Origin: Eledone cirrhosa
Taxonomy: Eukaryota
Assembly: GCA_964016885.1 (NCBI GenBank)
Contig: OZ024742.1
Location: 40,176,001-40,240,000 of the forward strand
Direction: 5' to 3'
DNA: 64,000 nt
Positions within the stretch are counted from its first letter, which is position 1, and every line of letters begins with the position of its first letter. The notes under the pieces were generated by a model that was given only the letters and a program-made list of their open reading frames with translations, had not been told where the DNA came from and did not search any database. Below are positions 25,728 through 39,475 of the stretch, piece by piece. The position numbers and the translations under genes are program-made.

Positions 25728-26050
25728 CTCTGAGTTTTTCATCCTCAGTGTATACTGATTAATGTTCAGAGCTGTATGGGAGCATCCCAAGAGTCAGCTC
25801 AAAAGTGACACAGAGGAGACTGAGGTTGGCTGGACATGCTCACCGACATCCGGAGTTGACATTGCACTCAGTGCTCCTTTGAGAGCCCCTACATGGACAC
25901 ACTAGAAGAGGAAGACCAAGGTTAACATATGTTGATGCCCTAAGGACAGACACTGGTCTGTTGGAGATGCAGGATATGGCAGCGATAATGAGGGACAGAG
26001 ACCGCTGGAGAGAACTCGTCCATGGATCTCGGGAATTTTACCCGCCTTAG
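25724..26050 (+). mobile_element. RTE/RTEX-type LINE C-terminal fragment inside (TA)n
   Basis: [53 protein letters not shown]; the stop codon abuts the TA tract. Confidence 0.8.
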
Positions 26051-26186
<136 letters not shown>

Positions 26187-26449
26187 GTATATATATATAT
26201 ACACACACAAGCATAAACATACATATGAGGGAGTCCAACAGATACCAATTTAGCTCGATGAAAGAATTAATAAAAATCAATTATTCAGAGTAAATAGATA
26301 AATATTTCTTTATCTTATTTGCGTTCTCAAATTAATTTCTATATTTGATGTCACCACGTTCATACATAACCTGGCCACTGAAATGTGCATAGTGTTTGCA
26401 GAAATATAAATCTGAAGGAATTTAACCTGTCCAGCCTCCTGTCATTTTA

Positions 26450-26494
<45 letters not shown>

Positions 26495-26496
<2 letters not shown>

Positions 26497-26605
26497 ATGA
26501 AAGAATTGTGGTAAGGAACCAGATGGACCATAACGCACCAAAGTACTCAATACTTAGGGTAGTAGATTGGCTTGAGCTTTGCCGTCGGGGTCATACTTGT
26601 TCCTA
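26495..26605. mobile_element. Short TA-embedded element, same family as 61596-61794
   Basis: gtggtaagga.ccagat.gaccataa.gcacca.agtactcaatacttagggtagtaga is shared. Confidence 0.8.
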
Positions 26606-26665
26606 TATATATATATATATATTTATATATAAGGTTTTTTATATATATATATATATATATATAAG

Positions 26666-26719
<54 letters not shown>

Positions 26720-27854
26720 CTTTTTGTACAGCCGATCATGTTATTCTTCAATCTTTCACTACTATTACTCCAAGAATAACCTGCATGGGAATTCTTGCGA
26801 ATTGTTGAGTCAAACAACGCTGTACGTTAAAACTATCCACAATACAGAGTACTCACAACCTCTCTCTCTATATATATATATATATATCATCATCATCATC
26901 GTTTAACGTCTATCTTCCACGCTAGCATGGGTTAGACAGGAATTGTCCCACTTGAGGCAAGATTGGTTGGGTGACTGTGTCTCGCTCGTATAGGACTATT
27001 TGGCAGGTTTTCTACGGCTGGATGCCCTTCCTAACACCAACCACATTTACAGTGTGGACTGGAAGCTTTTTACCGTGTTACCGACACGGCCACATTACAG
27101 CGTGGACTGTGTGTTTTTTTTTGTTGTGACACTTATACGACCTCATTATTTTGGACTGGATGTTGTGGTACCAACATAACTTTACAGAGAAAGGGTGGTG
27201 GGAGTGGGAGGAGGGAGTGTATATTTGGTTAAGAGGTGTATATATATATATATTCACTTCTTTTACTCATTTACCTGTTCCAGCTGACTAATTGAGGCTA
27301 TGCTTGGGCACTGCCATTATATGTATAATATGTGTGTATGTGTGTTTATGTGTATATGTATCTATATACACAAAGAAAATAAGATTTAATAAATAAACTT
27401 GACTGAACATTAATGCTTTTAGATAATTAGTTTATTATAATTGTTTTCAAATATAATAATTTTGTAATGAGAGTGAATTAAAAAAACTAGAATTTTCTTT
27501 CAAATGCATTTTTTGAATATATCTAAAGAATTATATTTTTGAGCAAGCATAATGAGAGCCATGAAAAGTGAGCAAGCATCAGTGAGGGCATCTAGATGGC
27601 TATAGCTGAAGAAAAGTAACCACTGTGGTTTGTAGTATGTACGCCACTTGGATACTGGCTAAGGTCTGATCTTGGCTGATCGTTTGTCAATGATCGTTTG
27701 TCAATTCATCACCAGAAATCATTTTTGTAAGATGAGAGGCATAGCTGACATAATTGACCCTAATACGTGACTGGTATTTTATTCTGTTGACCTCAGATGG
27801 ACGATAGACAAAATAATTTTGAATGCAGAAAGATATAACTGACAGCCAAACATA

Positions 27855-29060
27855 ATCATTGTTTCTTCTTTTGGCACAAGGCCAGCAATTACCCAGTGCA
27901 TTACTGGTACTTTCTTTTATCGATCCCGTAAGGATGAAAGGCAAAGTTAACCTCGGCGGGATTTGAACTCAGAATGGCAAGGACCGTAACTCTATGCATC
28001 AAAGCATGGTGTCTGACCCTCTACCAATACTGCCAAACATAATAATGATGATGATGATGACAAAAATTTCTAATTTAGACACAAGGCCAACAATTTACTA
28101 GTATTTTATTTTATTAATCTCAGAAGGATGAAGAGCAAAGTTGACTTCATCAGGATTTAAACTCAGAACATGGAAAATTTCAACTAAGCCACAAAACATT
28201 TTATTTGATGCTCTAACGATTCTGACATTCCATCCCTTAATAATAAAAATAACTGTTTCTACTTTAGCCACAAGGCCAGCAATTTTGGGGAAGAGGGAAA
28301 GTCTATTAAATCGACCCCAATGCATTATTGGTGTTATATTTTATCGACTCCGAAAAATTGAAAGGCAAAGCTAACCGTGGCAGGATTTGAACTCAGAACA
28401 TAATGGGCCGTAACTCAATGCATGGTGCTCTACTGCCAATCCACCGCCCTATTTTTTTTTAGATGGGTTGAATCCTGGAAGTACTGCAATACCTAGCCTA
28501 CTCGTGGCAAATGCAGATCACGCCCCTAACTCTTCGCCTAGTTCTAAAAATCAGTTTAATATCGATTGTCCCATATAGGGGCTGATAAGAACAGATACTA
28601 CACTTTGATCTTAGCCAAAATAATAATGATAATGGTTTCTGATTTAGGTACAAGGCCAACAATTTTGGGGGAAGGGAATGTAAATTTTATCAACCCCAGT
28701 GCATTACTAGTACTTTATTTTATCGATCCATAAGGATGAAAGGCAAAGCTTACCATGGCAGGATTTGAACTCTGAGTGTAGAAAGCCAGAACAGATGCTG
28801 CAATGCATTTAATCCATCACTCTACTAAATTTGTCAGTCTGTATAACATTAATATTGTCTAACATAGGCAGAAAAGTAGTAAGTTTGGGAGAGGGGGCAG
28901 TTGATTAAATTGATCCCAGTATGGGACTGGTCTTTTATTTTATCAACTCTGGAAGGATGAAAGGGAGATTTGACCTTGGAGAGATTTAAATACCGAACGT
29001 AAAGAGCTGGAAGTAATACTACAAAGCACTTGGTCAGACACCCTGCCAATCCACAATTCT
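27855..29060 (-). mobile_element. Cluster of about five co-oriented family 1 SINEs
   Basis: Units start near 27860, 28070, 28250, 28635 and 28860. Confidence 0.85.
28461..28620 (-). pseudogene. U2: U2 snRNA retrocopy (5'-truncated, internal deletion, A-tail)
   Basis: Minus strand TTTTGGCTAAGATCAAAGTGTAGTATCTGTTCTTATCAG (branch-point pairing region GUAGUA), Sm-like gatttttag, and stem-loop IV ggtattgcagtacttccagg, followed by A9. Confidence 0.92.
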
Positions 29061-29529
29061 CAAACCCACACAACATTAATAAAAGCAAACAGATATATGT
29101 AGGAATAGTTTAAGAGTAACAATGTATGAATTATGAAAAATGATAATGATAATGTAAAGTGGTGTTTGGTTTTAAGAAGTGACAGCTATACATGGAATGA
29201 TATTGAAATATTCTCGGTGATTTATGTAAAATGGTCAGTAACTATAAGCATCAAATAAATGACCTATGCAGAGGCAACAGTTTTACTGGCCAGTGTTCAT
29301 ATCATTGTATTAGATTATATATTTTGCTCACAGTGTTTATATAATAACCTTCATCATGAGTGTTTTATGAGTAGATGGCATGTAAATGAATACAAACATG
29401 ACAGACAAATAGTCTATACATACATGACAGACAAATAACCTATACAGACACATAAGACCAACAAAACTATAAATTGTATGATGTGTAGAACCATTTGAGT
29501 ATATCAACTGGTGTGTGCCCACACATGTG

Positions 29530-29818
<289 letters not shown>

Positions 29819-30000
29819 TGTGTGTGATGCAAGACATTTACATGCAATAATCCAATAGTAAATGTCTTTTATAATTTATGTTTAAATCTTAACAAATACA
29901 CATACTCACATATTTAAAATATATACATATAGATAAATATATTTGTAGATCTATCTACCTACCTATCTATCTAATCTCTCTAGCACCCTCTCTCTTTCTG

Positions 30001-30031
<31 letters not shown>

Positions 30032-30053
30032 ATGTATAAATGGAATTCCATTT

Positions 30054-30130
<77 letters not shown>

Positions 30131-30197
30131 GTTTAGCATAAACAGTTATAAATTCCTTCAACTAATAAAACAAACTAAAGTCTTTGAGATTTTACAT

Positions 30198-30386
30198 AAT
30201 GGTTTCTACGTTAGGCACAAGGCCAGCAATTACCCAGTGCATTACTGGTACTTTATTTTATCGACCCCATAAGGATGAAAGGCAAAGTTAACCTCGGCGG
30301 GATTTGAACTCAGAATGGCAAGGGCCGTAACTCTATACGTCAAAGCATGGCGTCCAACCCTCTACCAATACTGCCAATCCACCACC
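30198..30386 (-). mobile_element. Family 1 SINE (short form)
   Basis: Matches 25070-25248; imperfect TSD ttgagat..tacataatg. Confidence 0.9.
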
Positions 30387-31216
30387 TTGAGATCAATACA
30401 TAATGAAGTCTTTATGGTGCCTCATGTTGTATCAGATTGTCAAGAGATATTTCATATACCATCATCATCATTTAACATCTATTTCCCCACTAGCAAGAGT
30501 TGGCTGGGGTGTCATGGAATAAGTCAGTATATCATTGGAGTTACTTACCCCCTCAAATAGGCCAAGGGCCTGCATATTGCTTATATGAATCGATGAATTT
30601 TATCATGGCATCAGTACTAGAGATGCTGTTATGTCTTTCACACAACCGAAGTGTTCTCCTGATCATTTATTTGGTAATTTTTCTATGGTTGGATGTCCTT
30701 CCTTATCACCAACTGCTTTACAGAGTGTACTGGGTGCATTTTTTGTGTAGATCACCAACACTAAAAAAGTTGTCATATCTTGACTGGAGGTTCCTCTCAA
30801 CTCTTTTTGGCCTGGTTCTTATGGCTGGTAGTCCCTCATAACACCAAACCCTTGTATAGTGTGCACTTGGTATGTTTTATTATGGGACCAGGTTGTTGGT
30901 CATTGGCTAGATTAAAGAACCCTCTCTATTCCATGGGGGGATAAGATAGGAGGGCAAGCAGAGTACTATGTATAATGCCATCGGTAAATAACAATAAGTT
31001 GGGAAGATGTGACAACATGCTGCCATGGGTGAGGGGGTAATAAGTATAAAGACAGTAATATGTGATAGGTGTGATAGGTTTCAAAGGTTTGTGTGGGGGG
31101 AGGGAAAGGCAGTTCCACGAGTTCCACGCAATGAAATTATTCCACATCTCCGTATACAGCAGTCATCCTCCAATTGCATCACATTTCCATACAATCATCA
31201 CAGTTCTCCCTCCTGT

Positions 31217-31270
<54 letters not shown>

Positions 31271-31469
31271 TTCTAAAGATGGCAGACTAACAACAACACA
31301 AGCTTTCTCCTCTTTTCTCTCTATTCCTATCCCCTGATGATGGACTAATGTGTAAAATATTAAGTCACTTTTCCATTTCTATTAAAGATTATACTAATAT
31401 ACCATTAATTCATTGTGTTGTTCTCTTGTATTTTCTTTTTCATGATGACTTTTCTTCTACAGCATCATA

Positions 31470-34420
31470 ATTATCATCCTTTATATGTCCATTTTTACAT
31501 GCTTGCATCCGTTGGATGGGTCTTTTCCAGTTCAGCTTTCCTCAACTTATTGCATTCATTCATCATTTCCTCTGTGAGGTTGTGTTTTGAGATCTGTTCT
31601 CACCACTTCTGCCCAGGTTTTCCTTGGTCTTTCTTTACTGCAACTTCTTTACTCTCTTGACATTTCTTCGCCTAATGATCACCTATATATATCACATGGC
31701 CATACCAGTACAGTCTTCTATATTGCACACTACATTTGATTCCTCTTATACTTAATTTCTCTCTCAGATAATCCTTGCTTCACCATTAATATATATTATT
31801 AACATCACACATCTATCAAACCATCTTCATTTCATTTCTTTCCAGCCTTTTCATATTCTCTGCCTTTATTGTACAATTTTCAATTCAGAATTTCACTTCA
31901 CACACATACATCATTTTTTTCTCCATACAGAGAAACCTTTTGTTATCAACAGAGGTAATAGTTCTCCAAATTTTTCGATCCTGTTCTTATTCTGGTTACT
32001 ATACTTTCAGAGCAACCTCCTACATTAATAATTAAGTCCCCTACTTCTATGGAGCCTTCCTATTCATATGAAGTCTACCGTTTCTGTTAGTCTGCCAGCA
32101 ATCCACTAAACTTCTTGTGTACCCATGTTTTATGTTGTGTACATTGTATAGAGTTCCTACCTACTCCTTTTCTACATATTGAGCACAGCTGTTTCCCTGA
32201 TAGAACTGAGATTCTATCTTATTTCCTACTGACTAAAACTTTGGTGTTTGTTAAATTTACTCTGAACCCTTTTGATTCTAAGTTGTTTTCACAGTAGGAA
32301 TTACTTCTTTAGCTCATCCACTGATTCAGCAATAGGAACCATGTCGTCAGCATAGAGAAATTCTTATAGACAACCAGTCTTAACCTCTTCAGTGCCGTAG
32401 ACAATATAACTTGTCCTAACATGTATGCATTCCAGACGAGATAACTCATCCTAACACGTTTGAACTCTTTTCCAACAGTTCATAACTTCAAAGCTAGATT
32501 TTTGTCAATCATTCAGATATGTGTTGCTAATAAATGTTTGTTAAGAAAAATAGTCATTTTACCGAAAAAAAAAATGGCACAGCAACTGTAGCTGTGAAAA
32601 ATATACACGGAAGTCAACAGATTAAACTGCTCTGTTATGGCCTATGGAGCACTAAAATAAACAGACATGGGCAGAGGACTGAATCCTGATGAACATCCAT
32701 TTACACTTTGAGTTCCTCACTAAACTCATTACCTACTATCATTTTACTAGCAGGGCCGCTGTACTTGGCTTGCACTGTTCTTACAAGAAACTTTGTCAAA
32801 GGCTTTCTCCATGTCAATGAAAGCTAGATATAGTGATTTACACTTGACTAAGAATTTCTCTTGCAGTTGTATCACCAAGAAGAGAGCATCTGGGATGCTC
32901 CCTCCTAGCACAAAGCCAAACAGCATCTCATCAAATTTGACTCTTTAATGCTTATACTATTATACTAGTGATTATGTATGATACTATCATGTATTACTTG
33001 ACTGACTATGTCAGTGACTATGTCAGTGACTATCTCCCTCCTTATTTTAATATATGATTTCTACATCTCAGTGGCTGTCTGTGATGGTTTAGCAGCTTTT
33101 TCCTTTTTCATCCCCTTGATTGCTTTTTGACTCTGTAACTGTCAAATTTGAAAGCTGGTTCCTCTATAGTCTTCTGGGAATAGTCTATCTCCATTCCATT
33201 CAATTTTTCATTCATCAACCTTTCCCCATGAACATCCAGGCTTATCACTGACAAACTGCTTTGTGATACAGAACACCTCACATCTCTGATATTTATATCA
33301 CAGAACATTGGCAAACCTTTTGTTTTAACTTTTTTACATGCTATTTAAACCTGTCATTTTGCTTCTTTAACTATTAGATATTGTTCTTTGTTGCTTCCAC
33401 TTTCTCAGACTTTCAATGCCTGTCTCAGTTTTAATGTCTACAGTGCTGTTCCACCAGCAAGTCACTTTTCATCTGGCTGGTACCTTGCTCCAGTCACAGG
33501 TCTTATCAGTAACCTGCATTAGGTTGTCTTGTAGAAACTTACAATATCACATTTGTTTATCTCTTCCCTGTTTTCATAATATATATCACGTAGAGCTTTT
33601 CTGAACCTATATTCAACAGACGTCTTTTATCTTCCATACCCCAACTTCTCTAGATTTTCCTGTGTATCTAGTTTTCTCTAACTTTATTCTGATGTCACTC
33701 AAAACTAATTACTATTGGAGGTGCATACTTCTCTGGGAAAGGCCTTCGAATTTACAATTATCTGTCTGTCTCATTTTCTAGTGAGCAAATGGCTGTCTGA
33801 TTTCCAAAGGTAGTGTTGCTAATAACTCATTTATTGGTATCACAAAATTCTAGGTACCTCGATGCCTCTTCATTTCTTGAACCATCAAGCACTGTAAAGT
33901 AGTCATCCTGATGTTCATCAACATATCCTTTGAAGTCATCAGCGATGATGATGAAATTGCTTTCATTTGTTACTGAAATCATTTGTAAGATGTCCTCATG
34001 GAAACGGTATTTTATTTAGAGCTGATTGTGGTGCATAAATAGAGATAACCATTGTCCTTTTATTGCCTATGAAGATTCTGAGTTTGATAATTTTGTCATT
34101 TATTCTACCTCTATTGTCTTATCTAGCCACTTCTCAGCTAGTAAAATGTGTATCCTACTTACTCCATCATCATTTCCGAGAAGAACTAATACCTGTAATG
34201 TCTGACTGTAAAGTGTCTAGCTGAGGTTTCCCTCCATCTAACCACTTGATTACAGTCCACATCTACTCATCTCCATAATTTTCTCTTTTGTAGTAGTTTT
34301 CTGTACCTGAAAGTGAATGCATGATCACATAATAGTTGAGGGGATCTCAGACATGGTTATGCCAGCAACCCTAGTATCATGCACAGCACTAACATGATTA
34401 GTATTAGTCCTTTATACACA
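31470..34420 (-). mobile_element. Degenerate near-full-length RTE LINE (APE endonuclease to RT C-terminus)
   Basis: Minus-strand remnants DFKGYV (APE), FGFVLGGSIPDALF, FIDMEKAFDKV, FLYADDMV and RRLYWYGHV; many stops; interrupted near 32390-32650. Confidence 0.75.
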
Positions 34421-35935
34421 ATTAGTGTGTACATTATAACTTGTACTTTCATAGTTTTTGGCAAGGTTTTTCTGACAGGATGACTTTCCTATCACCAACC
34501 ACTTTACAATTGTGCCACCCACACTAGAGAGGTCTTCTGACAGGACTTAAAAGTCCTCTCTATCTGTATCAGTTTTTATTCAAAGTGACTGCTTTCCTAG
34601 ATGGGTTGCCTTTATCATAACTTATAGACACCACATTTAATCTGTGCAATCTTATTTTATTTGAAGTCACTGTCCTCCTAGATGGGTTGCTTTTTCCATG
34701 GGTTATAGAGTCCAGATCAAAGATATAAAGTTCTATATATTCAGTATTAGTTGATGAGTTACCTGTGAATGAATATAACCCTTATCATACAAATTATAGT
34801 CAGTTAATACACTAATTATACCAATTATAGCCAAATAATTTATTCTAGTCACTAGTGAGATCATTTATAATTAAGGGGTCAGTGGCCATAGTAGGGTGAC
34901 TGAGCAGTAGCAGCAGCAGCAGTAGCAGCAGGTTTTTAATTACATTAAAGGGTGTCTATAGTTAAAGATAACGTATTTGATGATAATGATAATAATAATA
35001 GTAATAGATAGAAAATATAGAGCAGTGTAAAGATGCTGATTAAGGTAAAGATTAGCATCAATGAAATAAAATTATAATTAGTTCAATAAGTAGCCACAAT
35101 TAGAGTATAACACATGGTAGATGGAAAATGAGATTTAGGAAGGTGTTGAAGGTGGGATATGGCACTGAAATGTATCATCATATGTACAATCCTGTAAGTG
35201 CTAGGTTTGATTTAATTAATAATAGACAGTGCTAGTAAAAATGGTTAAGCAAAAACATTGAAAAGCAAAAAGACTAAGGAAGAAGAATTTAGATATGTTC
35301 TTAGGTGTATTTTCTTGGTTCATATACTGAGGTGAATTTAATTCAAATACTATGTATAGAGGATAACACCCCACCCCATAGAGGTATCTATCTATCTATC
35401 TATACATGTTTGTATATACACATATGTACGCGCACGCACGCACACACACACATATATATATATATATAAGTTGGAAAGAAATGAAGCTTGCATGCTCTAA
35501 TGGATGTGTAATAGTAGTGTGCATGAATGGTGAAACATCAGTTAACTGAGATACAAACTAGGCATGAGAGGCCAGATGTAGTGTGCAGGAGAGGAGATTG
35601 TGGTGGTATGGACATGTGATGCATATGGAGGGTGCTAGCTGTATAAAAAGGTACAGGCTGCTCAAAGTTGGCAGAAACTATAGAAGAGGAAGTCCTAAGA
35701 AAACTTGGGAGGAAGTGATGAAAGCTGACCTCACCCAATTACGTCTCACAAAGATGACACAGGATCAATAATATTTACTATAGGTGATACCAGTTTCAGC
35801 ACTCAAAGCATTTATGTGAATTGGATATTGGTTAAATAAAGTGGAGATTAATGCTATCATCTGTTTGTTATTGACATAAATTGTAGAGTGTTTTTATCAA
35901 GAAAGAGAAACCAAAATTTCAATTCATCATATTTT

Positions 35936-36312
35936 ATTCATAATCATGCATTACACGTGTTTCACGAATGAACACCTTTTAGCTGCTAATAATTAAGTAA
36001 TAATTTAGTAACATGCAGCTCAACTCTGGTTTCCTTTGTTCATCAGATGCTATGTTGATTATTCAACCTTTGCATGTTAAAATTACCACTTATGACAGAA
36101 AATGTAGGCAGGGTCTGTATCCTTGTATAATGACAGACTTGCTGCTTTTATACAAACTGCGATGGTACATATTGTAATTGTAAGCATCATAGAATCTGAT
36201 GAGCAAATCAAACCAGAGTCAAGCTGCATGTTACCAAACTATTATGTAAACTACTTGAGGCTTAAAGCTGTTCATTTGGGAAAAAATGTGTTACGTGTGA
36301 TTACAATATTAT
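35936..36312. mobile_element. Old diverged fold-back element with decayed hammerhead cores
   Basis: Plus atctgatgagcaaatcaaaccagagtcaagctgcatgttacc versus minus atctgatgaacaaaggaaaccagagttgagctgcatgttact; similarity extends about 120 bp. Confidence 0.6.
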
Positions 36313-36809
36313 TAAAGTATATATACATACATATGATATATATCTATATACATCTGTGTATGTGTGTGTGCATACATAATTGTATTTACATATTTACATA
36401 TAAAGGAATATATACTTACATAAATACATACATTCATATGTCTGTATATGTGTGTTTGTTATTATATGAACGGCAGTCTATAAATAACATATTCACTGCT
36501 TTGCATTTGCTTTCGATGTTTGCATGTATGGACAAATGTTGGTGTGTGTGCAAATGTATATTTAAGTGCTTTGCCCAACAATATAAAAACAAATGCAAGG
36601 GATATGACAAATGAGAAATGCATTTTAGTGTTGCTGCATAACATAAAATAGAGTAAAAATGTGCAGGTGCAGATTAAAAACATGTCGACTCAGGGGCCAG
36701 GGTTGTTTGTTAATTTTTTTGATAACCACCTCTGACTCTATGAAACAAAACCACACATCTTAAAGAGTTCCTATTTAAATCAAAATCTTTTGACATAATT
36801 TTAGATAAA

Positions 36810-37745
36810 AACCATATACAAAGTTACTGATGGTGTAACTCTCATAGCTCGATCTATGACAGAACTAGAGAAAACATTCCTGACCTGGAAGCATAACCTG
36901 GAATCAGAAGGTCTTAAAGTTGACTTGGCAAAGACCAAAGTTCTAGAAGTAGTAAGGAAAACAAGGTCCTGCTCCCTTCAGGGAAATGGCCCTGCTCATG
37001 TGTAGGAAAAGTTTGGGTAGTAATTCCACCCTCTGTTCCAAATGCAAGATATGGGTACACAAGAGATATAATGGGACTTCAGGCAGGTTACTAAAAACAT
37101 AGGTTTTATTTGTGGCCGCTGCACAGGAGCAGTAAGTAACAAACACTCACTGGAAACAAGTGCAATCAAATTCTTAGAAGGTTCTGTAGAAACAGTTGAC
37201 AGCTTCTGTTAATTAAGGAGGGAGGGTGCAAATCTGCAGTGGAGGTAGGTGTGCCAAAAGTAGAGTAGCCAGGTGAGAATGGGATGGAAAACCTTCAGGG
37301 AGTTATTACCGCTGTTAGCTACAAAAGGAGTTTCCCTCAAAATGAAGGGTATATTGTATGATGAGTGTATAGAAACAGCAATGTTATATGGTAGTGAGAC
37401 CTGGATGCTATGTGCAGAGGACCTAAGAAGATTGGAAAGAAATGAAGCTTGCATGCTCTGATGGATGTGTCATAGTAATATACATGAACAGCAAAGCATA
37501 AATGAACTGAGAGAGAAATTGAGCAAAGAGGGATCAGATGCAGTGTGCAGGAGAGGAGATTGCATTGGTATGGAGTTGAAATGCATATGAAGATTGGCAG
37601 TTGTATAAAAGGTGCAGGGCGCTCAAAGTTGATAGAAGCTATGGAGTAGGAAAACCTAGGAAGACTTGGGAAGTGGACCTTGCACAATTACACCTCTCAA
37701 AAGTGATGACAAAGGATTGAGATCTCTAGTGTTATGTGGTAATAC
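36810..37745 (+). mobile_element. RTE LINE 3' third, degenerate
   Basis: LESEGLKVDLAKTKV, Cys cluster CSKCKIWVHK, GWKTFRELLPLL..MLYGSETW..RLERNEACML. Shorter relatives at 35468-35770, 47690-48090 and 59362-59735. Confidence 0.85.
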
Positions 37746-38382
37746 AGAAAATCACCTTCCCATGTGCACAGGTTGAAGCATATATCTAATACACACAACT
37801 TTCCCTTACCTTCCCCTCCCCTTTCAATACACCTCCCACACCTAACAGTCCATGCATGTCCTAACACCCCCACCCTTCATCCACACTCTCCCACTAGGTC
37901 TACCTCTGCAATTCCCATGAAATGAAGTGTTTTGCTCAAGAATAGACGCAACCTAGCCCAGGAATCGAACTCATGACATTATTATCACAAGTCCAAGATC
38001 TTTACCACTAGGCCATGCACCTCCACAGAAAAAAATAAATTCAGATAGTTTTTCGACAGATCTTGTATAAACAGTTTTGAACCATAGAATCAGGAGTGAT
38101 TTCAGGAAGTTTTGTATTAAAAGGGTTAACTCTGAGAATATAAAACAGTCTTGTCAAAACCATTATGATATTCCATCAAGAGGGTCAGAGAGCAAATTGG
38201 AATTTTGGATCTTACCAAAGCACTGGAAAGAAAGAATGTCAAAGTCAGAGTATTTTATATTAAATCTTTCTAAGAAAGTAAATAAAATAGAAAATATGGA
38301 AAATAAAAATAAAATAGAGCTCTGTATTCAGTAACACATGACATGTTTGGATTATGGACATGTTGTCATGACACACACACAC

Positions 38383-38428
<46 letters not shown>

Positions 38429-39036
38429 TTGTGTGTATGTGTGTATCTATATACTTATATGTATAAGTACATATTAACAATTGGTAAAATGGGAATGTCA
38501 GTCAAAGTTTGCAAAGTTTCAGCTTAAAATAAACCACACACACACATGCACACACTCATATATACATATGTATGTGTGTGTGTGTGTGAGTGTGTGTGAT
38601 TGCATGTGTGTGTGTATGTTAGCAAAGAAGTTACAATGACTTAAGGGTAAAATGTACCATGCCAAAGAACTTATCAAAAACCATTAAGTACATGGATATG
38701 AAACTATAGACCCTTGAGTTGACATAGCTTTTCAGCCTGTAGAAAACAAAAACATATAAATGTATTGCTTTATGTATTGAGCTCTATATTTTCTCGTTTG
38801 TAAAAATAAACATATATAGATGTGTGTGTACAACAAAGTATACTAAATATGGTGATTCTCTGTTTTGATATTGTAGATGTTGAATTCATTGCTGAGAGGT
38901 ATCCCATATTGATTGTCTGACACATTTTGGTGGGAAACTATAGACATTTCAGTCAACCACTGAATTATACTATTGTTACTTTGAGGGAGCCTTCATGTAA
39001 CTGCTCACCATACTAGAAATAACAGCCAAATCTTCT

Positions 39037-39265
39037 TTAACTCTTTAGCATTTAAACTGGCCATATCTGGCTAGAATTCTCTCACCTCTTTCTGTTCAAA
39101 CTGGCCATAACTGGCTGCTCATACTGATGTTAAGGTATTGTTCTCAAAATAAATAATATCAACATCTCCTAGATTCAATATTGTGTGAGATGTTTATGTG
39201 AAATAAAGTGTTTACTGTGAAAATACAATAGTAAATATAGAGTAATGTAAATGCTAAAGGGTTAA
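39037..39265 (+). mobile_element. piggyBac-type MITE (family 1)
   Basis: TTAA-ctctttagcattta..taaatgctaaaggg-TTAA. Confidence 0.85.
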
Positions 39266-39284
39266 AGCACATCATATTGTCAAT

Positions 39285-39475
39285 AATTGTTTCTAATTTT
39301 GGCACAAAACCAGCAATTATCCCAGTGTATTACTGGTACTTTATTTTATCGACCCCCGTAAGGATGAAAGGCAAAGTTAACTTCGGCGGGATTTGAACTC
39401 AGACCATAAAGAGCCGTAACTCTTTGCTGCAAGCATGGCGTCCGACCCTCTACTGATACTGCCAATCCACCGCCC
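39285..39475 (-). mobile_element. Family 1 SINE (short form)
   Basis: Matches 25070-25248. Confidence 0.9.
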
